A stretch of 59,743 nucleotides of DNA from an uncultured bacterium (GTDB lineage Bacteria; Macinerneyibacteriota; Macinerneyibacteria; Macinerneyibacteriales; CAYRFE01). The DNA lies in the NCBI GenBank assembly GCA_964539615.1, contig CAZIJP010000001.1, forward strand, positions 1 to 59,743, read 5' to 3'. Position numbers and translations under genes: made by a program. The notes beneath the pieces were generated by a model. The model was given only the letters and a program-made list of their open reading frames with translations, ran no database searches and was not told the DNA's origin. Positions 8,601 to 18,562 of this stretch are shown here, in pieces. Every line of letters starts with the position of its first letter. Positions within the stretch are counted from its first letter, which is position 1.

Positions 8601-10637
8601 TTATCGTTTATTATCAAGAGGTTTGTTTAATTCTTCGGTGCCCTTCAATGCAAACCTGCCGTTCTTGATGATATCTACGCGTGTTCCGTCGGCATGAACA
8701 GACGTGATGGCGCCGATACCCTCATACGGCAGCGTGATATCTGTATGCACGAAAGTATACGCCTGCTGCATATCGGTCTTGCGCAGTAGAGATTTGTCAT
8801 TATCGCGTGCAGTGATCTCTTTATTGTCAATCGGGTTATATACGACAAAATCTTCTTCATGAGAGAAGCACGTGTCTCCGATCGCAAAGTGCGGTCCCAT
8901 CTTCTCGACAATGAGCACCGGCATTTTTTCGATAATACCGTATTTTTGAGCGATCACGTAAGCCAGTGTGTTTGTGCCGATGGCAAATTCGCCGAGTGGC
9001 AACGTCTTATGGGGGAAAAGCAGATTTTCTTCAATATAGTTTTTATTCTCACCGTCATCGGCAAAATTTCCGCAATTGTAGCCGGTCACCCAACCGTCGG
9101 TAAACATGATCTCAAGATCGCTGTATTTCAATCCGTCAAGAAAGGTCTCGGGAACATGCAGCGTGCCGGTAGTGCCTTTTAACTGCGGAGAGGTAAACAC
9201 CTCGCCGACCGGTACATTCACATCGGCTCCGCAGTTGACGAAATTCGTTTGTTTCGAAGGATCGGCAAGTTTCTGCATGGCAACACGCAGATCGGTACGG
9301 TTTCCGGCAACACCTTTTATTTCAACATATTCAGCCTTATCAAGCTCATCGATCATGCATTGCTGCATTTTTTCATACTCAATCGTGTCCAGCATATTGA
9401 TCTCGCATGTGTCGGCAAATATTTCTTCAAAACGATCACCGATCTCCGGTGACGGAAAGGCAGTGATATTGAAGCTGCCTTCGGTGCGAGGCATGAATTT
9501 TTCACGAATCTCGCCCAGTTTTCCGTTCAATTGTTGTCGAATTTGCTGTTGTTCTTTCGACAGCACAAGATTTTCTTTCTTTGACTCGGGAGCAAACGGT
9601 TCCTCGCCGAAGGTTTCCACATATACGGCACCGGAATAGTCGGCAAGAAAATTGCTGCACAGTTCGTTTGCCTTGAGATAGGTCGCAATTCTTTTTTCCA
9701 TAAACTCATTATCCAGATAGAGCGCTTCGTCAAACCGATGGTCATAGGCATACTGACGGTTGCATGCGGTGGATGTTACGCCGTTAAACAACGGTTCCAA
9801 TCCTTTTTCCCGCAAGAGAGCCATTATTCGACGGGTCAACAATTCATATCCCGCAAATGTATAGAGAAAAGCGGTCTTCTTTTTCCGATAGTTCTTTCGG
9901 GCGTTCTCAAATCCCCGTATATATGCGTCCACGATCGTCGAAGCAAGTTTTTCAAGTTTCGCTTCTGGATAGGCACGAAGAAACGCGGCAACTTTTAATT
10001 CATGTTCAGTTATATGATCTCCGTACATATAGAGGTAACGATCATTTGAAAGATCGCTTGAGTCAATAAGGTCCTTTAAGAACGTATGGTCTTGAGAGAA
10101 ACGGTCAAATAGTTCCGCCGCTGTCTTTTCCGGTGAAAGCGACGTGACAGAACGCGTGATCAGTTTTTTAAGAGCATCATAGTCCGGTACGCCGGCATTG
10201 AAGGCATCATTGATATCGATCAACAATTGGTACATTTCCGCAAGTTTATATGCTTTGTCTTCAAAATGAAACACTATGCACCGTCTGAATTGCGTTGCAC
10301 CGTAAGCTGCAAGTTGTCCGTAACGGTCTCCGAGTTTTTCTACGGCAAAACGAGGATTAGCAAAAGACCGTTCATAATTTTTTAATTCGCCATATAATAC
10401 GTGGTTGATCTCTTTCAATCGTGAAACGGGTAGCGTTTTCCATTTTCCGTCACTGAGTTCGCAAGAAATCTCATCAAGAACGACAATCCATGCGGCAAGC
10501 CCCGTTATGAATTCTTTCCAAGCTCCTGATCCGTTTGAACCGTTTTTTGCAATTGCTTCGATCTTCGGGAATAAACCGGATAGTATGGGTTCTGCATCAT
10601 GATTCCATTTTTTAATGATCTCATAAACAGCATGCAT
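8601..10637 (-). CDS. M29-family (AmpS/PepS-like) aminopeptidase with a long N-terminal extension
   Basis: The C-terminal approximately 350 aa carry NVPVGEVFTSP, LGEFAIGTN, GPHFAIGD and HTDITLP, which match my recollection of M29 metal and active-site motifs. AAGGAGA precedes the ATG at 10637 (MHAVYEI), preferred over the track start at 10712. Confidence 0.6.
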   Translation of the reverse strand: MHAVYEIIKKWNHDAEPILSGLFPKIEAIAKNGSNGSGAWKEFITGLAAWIVVLDEISCELSDGKWKTLPVSRLKEINHVLYGELKNYERSFANPRFAVEKLGDRYGQLAAYGATQFRRCIVFHFEDKAYKLAEMYQLLIDINDAFNAGVPDYDALKKLITRSVTSLSPEKTAAELFDRFSQDHTFLKDLIDSSDLSNDRYLYMYGDHITEHELKVAAFLRAYPEAKLEKLASTIVDAYIRGFENARKNYRKKKTAFLYTFAGYELLTRRIMALLREKGLEPLFNGVTSTACNRQYAYDHRFDEALYLDNEFMEKRIATYLKANELCSNFLADYSGAVYVETFGEEPFAPESKKENLVLSKEQQQIRQQLNGKLGEIREKFMPRTEGSFNITAFPSPEIGDRFEEIFADTCEINMLDTIEYEKMQQCMIDELDKAEYVEIKGVAGNRTDLRVAMQKLADPSKQTNFVNCGADVNVPVGEVFTSPQLKGTTGTLHVPETFLDGLKYSDLEIMFTDGWVTGYNCGNFADDGENKNYIEENLLFPHKTLPLGEFAIGTNTLAYVIAQKYGIIEKMPVLIVEKMGPHFAIGDTCFSHEEDFVVYNPIDNKEITARDNDKSLLRKTDMQQAYTFVHTDITLPYEGIGAITSVHADGTRVDIIKNGRFALKGTEELNKPLDNKR

Positions 10638-10749
10638 TGTTAATCTCCTTTTGTTGATACAAATCGACCGAAAAAAACTATACAACAAAAATACGAAACC
10701 GGCAATAGCCAAGACTCTTTAGTAATACGAAATAGTATGAATATGTTGC

Positions 10750-10780
10750 AAAAAAAACGGGGAGACAGATGCCCCCCCGT
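10750..10780 (-). terminator. probable intrinsic terminator of the PA14-repeat gene
   Basis: On the minus strand, acgggg ... ccccgt forms a short GC stem followed by T8 (plus-strand A8 at 10750-10757). Confidence 0.55.
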
Positions 10781-10802
10781 CATTACGCGAAAATATTAAC
10801 AA

Positions 10803-12863
10803 TCAGCGGGTCTGGAATATCTGTTCTTTTCCTCCCGGAGGCGTAAGGAACAGCTGTAACGCAAGGTCGTAACGCGGTCCTTGGAAATATTCAACACGAA
10901 TAAAATGCATACCCATTTTCAATTGCACTTGTCCCGTTTTGTCCTGAGGAGGATGCAGGCCGTCGTTGTCAATGACAAGTTTATTGTCGATATAGAGCTT
11001 CGAGCCGTCATCAGAAAGTAAGCGGAAAGAATACATGCCGCCCTTCATGATAAAGATACCGCCGTTATATTGGATACCGAACCATTCGGTCCTATCGGTA
11101 ACGCCGGGGAAACCGCTCTCAAATTTACGCGGCGAAATATCGATCTTTTTGGTATAAATGGTACCGACAGGGTTCAATTTTGAAAAATCGGGAAGTCTAG
11201 GAGTATTCTCAGGTAATAAGTATATCTCCCCCTTGAATGCGCCCGGGATAACGGTCTTTACGCCGAAATCCGAAGATGTGTCGGTTGTTTTTGTCGTAGT
11301 AGTTTTTGTTGTGTCTTGCGGCTCGGCATCGGTTGCGAATATGGTCTCGGCAAATCCCGGCGCAGTAACAAACAACTGCAATGCTATGTCATAACGCGGT
11401 CCCTGGAAATATTCAAGCCGGATAGCATGTACACCCATGTTCAGGTCAACAGTACCGATCTTACTTGACGGACCGTGTGTGCCGTCATTATCAATGATAA
11501 GATTACCGTCTATATAGAGCTTAGAACCGTCATCAGATAATAAACGGAATTTGTAACTACCCGCAGCTTTGACAAAAAAAGCTCCGTTGTACTGAATGGC
11601 GAACCATTCCGTTTTATCGGTAACACCCGGGAAACCGCTGTCAAAACGACGAGGAGCAATGTCGATCTTTTTCGTGTAAATAGTTCCTACAGGTTTCATT
11701 TGAGAAAAATCCGGCAACTTTCTCGTATTCACCGGAAGATCATATATTTCTCCCTTAAAAGCAGCAGCGATTTTCGACGCTCCGCCGAAATCCGATGTTT
11801 TACCGGTATCATTATTTCCGCCGTTTGCCTCAGCATCTGAAGCAAAAATCGTCTCTTTGCTGCCCGGAGCGGTCACAAACAACTGAAGAGCTATATTGTA
11901 ACGCGGCCCTTGGAAATATTCCACTCGAACGGAATGAACACCCATATTCAAATTTACCGTGCCGTTTTTACTTAATGGGCCGTGGATCCCGTCGTTATCA
12001 ATTATCAGTTCTCCGTCAACATACAATTTTGATCCGTCGTCTGAATGGATCCTGAATGTATAGGTACCTGACGTTTTAACTAAAAAAGCGCCGTTGTATT
12101 GAATGGCAAACCATTCTGTCCTGTCGGTCACGCCGGGGAACCCGCCGTCAAAACGTCTCGGAGAAATATCAATCTTTTTTGTGTAGATCGAACCGACCGG
12201 TTGTAATTGTGAAAATACCGGCAGTTTTGACGTTTTCTCAGGTATATTGTAAATATCACCTTTAAAAGCGCCTATGATCTTTTCTGAAGCTCCGAAATCA
12301 GAAGTTTTACCCGGTAATTCGGCATCGGCCGAAAAAAGCGTTTCATCCGCCCCCGGTGCCGCCATAAACAATTGTAATGCTATATCATAGCGGGGACCCT
12401 GAAAATATTCCACACGTATCGTATGAATACCAACGGTCAGATCGACCGATTGCCCTACATCAGACGGGCCGTGTACTCCGTCATTATCAATGATAAGTTT
12501 CCCGTCGATGTATAACTTCGAACCATCATCGGACAACAGCCTGAAAGCATAATTACCGGCTACTTTCGCGGAAAAAGCGCCGTTGTATTGAATCGCAAAC
12601 CATTCAGTGCGGTCGGTAACTCCCGGAAAACCGCTTTCAAAACTACGCGGAGCAATATTCAACTGTTTTGTATAAATACTGCCGACCGGTTTCAATTTTG
12701 AAAAATCGGGAAGCATGTCAGCACCTTCCGGTAAAAAATAAATATCCCCTTTCAATGCAGCCTGAACATACGATGTCTTACCAAATTCACCTGATCCCGT
12801 TTGAGCAAACGAAAAAGAAAATAAAGCAACAAGAAGAATAATCAAGAAAAAAACACGTCCCAT
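10803..12863 (-). CDS. secreted protein with four tandem PA14-like domains
   Basis: A signal peptide is followed by four units of about 163-174 aa. Each unit contains KG(D/E)IY..P, FPGVTD(R/K)TEWFAIQYNG, LLSDDGSKLYIDG.LIIDNDG.HGP and VEYFQGPRY.IALQLF. The FPGVTD anchors fall at aa 82, 245, 414 and 588 in track numbering. The ATG at 12863 has a better SD (AAGGGG) than the GTG at 12872. Confidence 0.8.
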   Translation of the reverse strand: MGRVFFLIILLVALFSFSFAQTGSGEFGKTSYVQAALKGDIYFLPEGADMLPDFSKLKPVGSIYTKQLNIAPRSFESGFPGVTDRTEWFAIQYNGAFSAKVAGNYAFRLLSDDGSKLYIDGKLIIDNDGVHGPSDVGQSVDLTVGIHTIRVEYFQGPRYDIALQLFMAAPGADETLFSADAELPGKTSDFGASEKIIGAFKGDIYNIPEKTSKLPVFSQLQPVGSIYTKKIDISPRRFDGGFPGVTDRTEWFAIQYNGAFLVKTSGTYTFRIHSDDGSKLYVDGELIIDNDGIHGPLSKNGTVNLNMGVHSVRVEYFQGPRYNIALQLFVTAPGSKETIFASDAEANGGNNDTGKTSDFGGASKIAAAFKGEIYDLPVNTRKLPDFSQMKPVGTIYTKKIDIAPRRFDSGFPGVTDKTEWFAIQYNGAFFVKAAGSYKFRLLSDDGSKLYIDGNLIIDNDGTHGPSSKIGTVDLNMGVHAIRLEYFQGPRYDIALQLFVTAPGFAETIFATDAEPQDTTKTTTTKTTDTSSDFGVKTVIPGAFKGEIYLLPENTPRLPDFSKLNPVGTIYTKKIDISPRKFESGFPGVTDRTEWFGIQYNGGIFIMKGGMYSFRLLSDDGSKLYIDNKLVIDNDGLHPPQDKTGQVQLKMGMHFIRVEYFQGPRYDLALQLFLTPPGGKEQIFQTR

Positions 12864-13006
12864 TATAGCCACCCCTTTCGTGATTAATTAACACGTATAA
12901 GTTTAGCATTGACTTGTTATTATTCAAGCACATTCTTACAACAGATTCTTAGAGCAAAGAATGCATTTGGCTTGCGGTTTTTTGATTTTTAGCTATACTC
13001 CTGCAT

Positions 13007-14329
13007 ATGCAGTTGTTCAGAATTCATCTTTTTGACCGATATTTACTGAAAAAGATCGTTCCGGTCTATATCGTCAATTTTATAGTGATCACACTTCTTT
13101 TGTTGATCAACCGATTATTTGAGATAGCCGATCAGGTCATTACAAAGGGCGTGCCGATCACGATGGTCATTGAAGTATTATGGTATCTTATACCTTCATT
13201 TGTGGCACTGACGATCCCGATGGCCGTTATTGTAAGTTATCTTACTATTTTTACCGAGCTCTCTGCAAACAACGAGATCATCGCTTCATATTCCTGTGGT
13301 ATCAATCCTTTTCGTTTTTTCCGTGTGCCATTATTGATAGCCTTATTGTTGACTCTCGGCCTTACATACTTTAATGCCAATATTCTGCCTAAGACAACGA
13401 TTGAAGCGCGAAAGATACTCATGGAAATAAAAATGAAGAAACCTGCCTCGCAATTGGTTGAAAATACATTTGCGGAGATCGATAAGTATAGTATTTATAT
13501 TGAAAAAGCCTATTTCAGGGAAGGCAAATTAAAAAACATCCTTATCTATGAACATGACGCAAAAGGTTTCCCGTCTAAAACCATTGTTGCACAGGAAGGT
13601 ATCCTGACCATGTATCCCGAAGATGCTATCATGCATATGGAGCTTCACGACGGCACGATGTATGAGATAGACAATAATCACCCCGAACAATTAAAAAAGA
13701 TTGATTTTTATAATCAGGAGATCGCCGTTCAGTACGATAAAACCCTTACGACAGATTTTGTCACCACAAAAAGCGCACGAGAGTTCACCAATAATGAGTT
13801 GAAAGACGAGATCGCGCTGTTAAAACAAAAAATGATCCCTATAGTGAAAATGCAAAAGGAATATCAAAAGAAAATGAACGATAAATCATTGTCGGAAAAA
13901 GAAATGAAAAACCTGAAAAAACAATTAAAATCGGTTGAACGCTCAATAAAAAGGGAGACCGATAATATCAATCAAATGCTTATTGAATATCATAAAAAAT
14001 ACTCCCTTGCATTCATGCCCCTTATCTTTGCAACCATTGCCTTCGCATTAGGATTGATGACCAGGACACGACAGAAAAACCACTCCTATATCATCAGCAT
14101 CGTCGTATTCATATTTTACTGGATCACGCTGATCGGTGGCGAAGATCTCGGTGACAGAGGGTTTGTGGCACCGTTTTTAGCGATCTGGGCAGGGAATATC
14201 ATCTTGTTCCCGATAGCGTGTTTTTTGTCCTATTTATTATGGAAAGGTCATTTTTATATATCTATGGAAGTATTTACCAACCTCCAACGCAAGGTCGAAG
14301 CATATGTTAAGAATAAATTTAATCGATAG
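13007..14329 (+). CDS. lptF: LptF/LptG-family (YjgP/YjgQ) LPS export permease
   Basis: 440-aa ORF with three N-terminal TM helices, a large periplasmic insert and three C-terminal TM helices. It is paired with a second paralogue and an MsbA-like gene. Confidence 0.65.
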   Translation: MQLFRIHLFDRYLLKKIVPVYIVNFIVITLLLLINRLFEIADQVITKGVPITMVIEVLWYLIPSFVALTIPMAVIVSYLTIFTELSANNEIIASYSCGINPFRFFRVPLLIALLLTLGLTYFNANILPKTTIEARKILMEIKMKKPASQLVENTFAEIDKYSIYIEKAYFREGKLKNILIYEHDAKGFPSKTIVAQEGILTMYPEDAIMHMELHDGTMYEIDNNHPEQLKKIDFYNQEIAVQYDKTLTTDFVTTKSAREFTNNELKDEIALLKQKMIPIVKMQKEYQKKMNDKSLSEKEMKNLKKQLKSVERSIKRETDNINQMLIEYHKKYSLAFMPLIFATIAFALGLMTRTRQKNHSYIISIVVFIFYWITLIGGEDLGDRGFVAPFLAIWAGNIILFPIACFLSYLLWKGHFYISMEVFTNLQRKVEAYVKNKFNR

Positions 14330-15416
14330 ATATATAACCCGTCAGTTTCTGACAACCTTTTTTTATACAACATTGACGTTTCTTGTCATATTCATACTCA
14401 CCGACCTTATTCAGGATTTGTCTATGTTTCTCGACAATCACGTAAAATGGTATATGTATTTTTATTATTATTTGATCAAAACACCGACAATGCTCGGCTA
14501 TATTTTACCGGTTGCGACCATTTTTTCAACGATCTATACCATTCACCGCCTGGTCAAAACAAATGAGATCGTCATTCTGTTCAATTCCGGGTTAAGTTTT
14601 TTACGAATTTCCGTATCCCTCCTTGTCCTTGCATTTTGCGTCAGCATTTTTTCATTCTTACTGACCGAAACGCTGGTATCACCCGCCAACTATGAAATAT
14701 CACGGTTAAAAACATCGATCAAAACAAAAAGCGACGCATTCAGAAACGATCTCAGCAGGACCCGGATTACCTTACGCGGGAAAAAAGGCTTATTTTACGA
14801 TATAGCTCTTTATGATGACACCAATAAAGTGATATCCAATGTTTCTATTGAAAAATTTGAAAAGAACATTCTCATGCGTACTATGTATACATTCAGAACA
14901 GCTGAATATACCGACCGCGGATGGGTTGCTTATGATGTCTATATCAAAGCGTTTGAAGACGGTGTGGAGGTACCGGTCATGATCACACAGCCGATCCCGA
15001 TGCTTTTACTGAAAATTTCCGAAAAACCTTCAGATTTCAGTAAAGAAGCGAAAACACCACGAGAAATGAATGCATTGGAGCTGGCACGGTTCATCAGCGA
15101 ACGCCGCCGCACAGGCAGTGACGTTGCGCCTTACATCGTTGAATACAATATGCATTTCTCGTTTCCGATGTTACCCATGCTGGTCGCTCTTTTGGGACTA
15201 AGCCTCTGTATAAAAAAGCCGAAGATCGGCTTTGGTTCGATCGTAGGTTATTCGCTCGGGATATTCTTTTGTTTTTGGGGAATATTCGCCGTCTTCAAAT
15301 CTTTGGGTATATCGGGGAAGATCCCTTCTTCAATTGCCGCCTGGATACCGAATATTGTTATCTTCGCTGCAAGCACTTGGATAATCCTCAGCCAGCAAAA
15401 AAAGACCTTTAAATAA
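14304..15416 (+). CDS. lptG: LptF/LptG-family (YjgP/YjgQ) LPS export permease
   Basis: 370-aa ORF with the same 3TM-periplasmic domain-3TM topology. It overlaps the upstream paralogue by 26 nt. Confidence 0.65.
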   Translation: MLRINLIDRYITRQFLTTFFYTTLTFLVIFILTDLIQDLSMFLDNHVKWYMYFYYYLIKTPTMLGYILPVATIFSTIYTIHRLVKTNEIVILFNSGLSFLRISVSLLVLAFCVSIFSFLLTETLVSPANYEISRLKTSIKTKSDAFRNDLSRTRITLRGKKGLFYDIALYDDTNKVISNVSIEKFEKNILMRTMYTFRTAEYTDRGWVAYDVYIKAFEDGVEVPVMITQPIPMLLLKISEKPSDFSKEAKTPREMNALELARFISERRRTGSDVAPYIVEYNMHFSFPMLPMLVALLGLSLCIKKPKIGFGSIVGYSLGIFFCFWGIFAVFKSLGISGKIPSSIAAWIPNIVIFAASTWIILSQQKKTFK

Positions 15417-15430
15417 GAAAAGGATAACAC

Positions 15431-17152
15431 ATGAAAGAACTTAGGCGTTTGCTCATATATATAAAATCGTCAGCCGCGTTCATTCCCTTTGCCATAATTT
15501 TCATGTTAGCTCTGGCTGCAGCTCAGAATTCTCTGGCATTTATTATGAAATACTTTACCGATTACGGTCTTAAAGATGCAGACAGCATGAAATTGGTCAT
15601 CTTCAGCGGATTTATTATAGCCCTCGGTATCTTCTTTTCAAAATTCGGACAGGATTTTACTCTTAATTATTTGGCTGAAAACATGATGTACCGGTTAAAG
15701 AACGATGTCTTCAATAAATTGATGTTTTTACCGACCTCATATTTCAAAAACACTTCCAGCGGCGAAATATTGTCGCGATTGACCAATGACACTGCAATGT
15801 TGATGAACTTTATGCGCCACGGTATGGTCGATTTGGTCATGCAAACCGCGACATTGATCATTGCGATTGTGCTGATGTTCAAAGCTAATGCAAAACTGCT
15901 GCTTGTTATGGGAATTGTCTTACCGTTGATTGTCATCATCATATATTATTTGGGTAAATTTACAAAACGCGTTACGATAACTGCACAATCAATGCTTGCG
16001 AATACGGTCTCGGTTTTGCAAGAATCGGTGCAAGGCATTGAAGTTATAAAATTATTCTCATCTGAAAACCGGGAAAAAGCGAAATATGAAACCGTCAATA
16101 AAATATATTTGAAAAAAATGATCAATATCCACCAGATCACGACACTGACGATACCTATTATAGAAGTATTGGGATTTATGGCACTATTGATAATATTCTG
16201 GTTTGGCGGGAAAGATGTCTTGAACGGAAAGATCACCTATGGCGATTTTATGATGTTCTTTACTGCCGCATCAATTGCATCAAATCCTATTCGCAGATTA
16301 TCAAGCTTGAACGTCATGTTACAACAAACGGCAGCCGCCACCGGACGCATATTTGAGATCATCGACAGTGATAATCCGATCCTTGCCTCGCAAGGAACTT
16401 GTGTTAAAGACACGATCAAAGGTTCTGTGCAATTTAAAGATGTTTCGTTTTCTTATGATGATACAGCAGTTCTTGAAAATATATCTTTAACTGCCGAACC
16501 GGGAGAGGTCATTGCGTTGGTCGGCCCGAGCGGAAGCGGTAAAACCACACTCGTCAATTTGATCCCGCGCCTTTATGATGTTACCGACGGCAAAATCCTC
16601 ATTGATAATACGCCTTTAAAAGACTACGTGTTATCAAACTTACGTAGTCATTTGGCCGTTGTCAGTCAGACCAATTTTCTTTTTTCAGGTACTATACGAT
16701 CCAATATTTCTTACGGTAAACCTGATGCCTCAGACGATGACGTTATAAATGCAGCAAAAGCAGCATACGCCCATGATTTTATTTTAGCAATGGATAATGG
16801 ATATGACACTGAGATAGGCGAACGCGGAGTAAAGATTTCAGGCGGGCAACGCCAACGCATTGCAATAGCACGCGCGTTACTGACCAATCCGAAAATACTG
16901 ATCCTTGACGAAGCGACATCTGCTCTAGACAGCGAATCGGAAAAATATGTTCAAAATGCCATCGATAATTTAATTAAAAACCGTACAACTTTTGTTGTAG
17001 CACATCGTTTATCGACAATCCTTAATGCTGATAAGATCATTGTTTTGGATAAGGGACAGATTTCGGGGATCGGTTCACATGCACAGCTTCTTGAATCATC
17101 TGATCTGTATCAAAAATTATATCAGCTTCAATTCAATACCGACACCAAGTAA
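15431..17152 (+). CDS. msbA: ABC exporter, fused permease/ATPase, MsbA-like lipid flippase
   Basis: 573-aa ORF with a 6-TM domain, Walker A (GPSGSGKTT), signature (ISGGQRQR) and Walker B (ILILDEATSALD). Its position directly after the lptF/G-like genes supports a lipid A/LOS export role, but that role is inferred. Confidence 0.65.
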   Translation: MKELRRLLIYIKSSAAFIPFAIIFMLALAAAQNSLAFIMKYFTDYGLKDADSMKLVIFSGFIIALGIFFSKFGQDFTLNYLAENMMYRLKNDVFNKLMFLPTSYFKNTSSGEILSRLTNDTAMLMNFMRHGMVDLVMQTATLIIAIVLMFKANAKLLLVMGIVLPLIVIIIYYLGKFTKRVTITAQSMLANTVSVLQESVQGIEVIKLFSSENREKAKYETVNKIYLKKMINIHQITTLTIPIIEVLGFMALLIIFWFGGKDVLNGKITYGDFMMFFTAASIASNPIRRLSSLNVMLQQTAAATGRIFEIIDSDNPILASQGTCVKDTIKGSVQFKDVSFSYDDTAVLENISLTAEPGEVIALVGPSGSGKTTLVNLIPRLYDVTDGKILIDNTPLKDYVLSNLRSHLAVVSQTNFLFSGTIRSNISYGKPDASDDDVINAAKAAYAHDFILAMDNGYDTEIGERGVKISGGQRQRIAIARALLTNPKILILDEATSALDSESEKYVQNAIDNLIKNRTTFVVAHRLSTILNADKIIVLDKGQISGIGSHAQLLESSDLYQKLYQLQFNTDTK

Positions 17153-17185
17153 CCGTCTTCCCCCGACGCTGCTGGGGGAAGACGG
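17153..17185. terminator. 12-bp GC-rich hairpin between convergent genes
   Basis: ccgtcttccccc (17153-17164) pairs perfectly with gggggaagacgg (17174-17185) around a 9-nt loop. No clear U-tract follows on either strand. Confidence 0.5.
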
Positions 17186-17198
17186 ATTCGGATTCATA

Positions 17199-18419
17199 TC
17201 AGAAGGTCACAGATTTTATTTCATCCCAAGGGATGTATCGGGGCTTTTTATCCGTGTCGTTTTTGAATACAAGCAAGCCCTGATTCATATCCGTAACGTC
17301 CTGACCGTCAGTAAATTCGATCTTTTTTTCATTCTTTAAAGTAACGGTTGCTTCACCGTCATCATTGAGCTGGATCGAGGAGATCAAGCGGAACGGCACA
17401 CGATGTTCAACTTCTTCGCCGTCGATTTTTCCTTCAAGACTCTCAAAATCCCAGCTTTCATCAAGGTCATAAGCTATCAATCCTTCAACTTTTTCGCCTT
17501 CTTGCGTCGTAACAACTGCTTTCAAACGTTTTGTGTTAGGATAATCTTTATACCCGATCATAGCCGGAACCTTATCGGAAAATTCTACTTTCTTAAATGA
17601 ATCCCACGATACTTCAGTGATTACGCCATCAGGTGTTGTGATACATATGCCGCGGTTCTCGCTACCGACATCTGTAGTACCCGTCATATAATATTCTTGT
17701 TTATCGGTAGTTTTTACTAATAACCCATTGCGCTTTTTTTCCATAGTGCGGATCTCACCCATTATTAGAGATACTTGTCCGTCTTCAGTATCGCCGTCAA
17801 GCTCATCAGATGCAAGACGCTCCTGGCTGTCCCACTGAATAAAACCGGTAAAACTGCCGTCTTCACTGGTGACTGTACCATATAACGGGCGTTCTTTGAA
17901 TGTATCAGCCGGAGGTGCAGAAAACTCCACAGATTCTACGCGTTCCCAACGAACATTGATCTTTCCGATCTTTTCGTCTTGAATGGTCAATTTTGCCCCG
18001 ATATCATTAGAGTTATCTCCTACTTCAAGCTCTTCACCATTTTTCAAAGTTACTATAATCTCGTCTTCTCCTTCGATACGTTTGATGTCACCGAATCTGC
18101 AGACGAACTGATGGGTATATGATGATTTGTTAAAACTTTTTATATGAATATCAAAAATGCTGAATGTCACATCATCATCACCGCGGCTGTCACGCAATAA
18201 ACGTTTATCTTTCTTAGAAAGATGTTTCAAGAAAGGGTTTTCTAATTTAACTGCATTGAATTCGTCAAACCAAAAAGTTTCCTCTCCGCCCCAACGAATA
18301 TACCCGGTATATTTCTTATCATCGTGGGTCGTAACGGTACCATACATAAAACCGCTGTCAGCAAGTATCCCGACCGTGATCGTCATTGCGGCAAGCATCA
18401 AAAACAAAATGTTTCTCAT
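17199..18419 (-). CDS. exported protein of unknown function with three internal repeats of about 125 aa
   Basis: A signal peptide (MRNILFLMLAAMTITVGILA) is present. Three modules start YGTVTTHDDKKYTGYIRW, YGTVTSEDGSFTGFIQW and KAVVTTQEGEKVEGLIAY, and each ends in a W..V..VEF-type strand. Confidence 0.6.
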   Translation of the reverse strand: MRNILFLMLAAMTITVGILADSGFMYGTVTTHDDKKYTGYIRWGGEETFWFDEFNAVKLENPFLKHLSKKDKRLLRDSRGDDDVTFSIFDIHIKSFNKSSYTHQFVCRFGDIKRIEGEDEIIVTLKNGEELEVGDNSNDIGAKLTIQDEKIGKINVRWERVESVEFSAPPADTFKERPLYGTVTSEDGSFTGFIQWDSQERLASDELDGDTEDGQVSLIMGEIRTMEKKRNGLLVKTTDKQEYYMTGTTDVGSENRGICITTPDGVITEVSWDSFKKVEFSDKVPAMIGYKDYPNTKRLKAVVTTQEGEKVEGLIAYDLDESWDFESLEGKIDGEEVEHRVPFRLISSIQLNDDGEATVTLKNEKKIEFTDGQDVTDMNQGLLVFKNDTDKKPRYIPWDEIKSVTF

Positions 18420-18562
18420 ATGCGCCTCCTTTTCTTTCTTTAACTATATGACAGTATCTTTAGAACTTTTGTTTCAACATAAGAAGAAAAATGTTCATTT
18501 TAATTAATTTTTCTATGCTTAGTAAATATATCTCATGTGATTTTAACACTCATTGATATCAT

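Noticed and set aside
9106-9639. 177-aa plus-strand ORF, plus several 60-110-aa ORFs between 8675 and 10602
   Set aside because: All lie antisense or out of frame within the M29 aminopeptidase gene. They are Ser/Cys/Phe-rich and have no start context.
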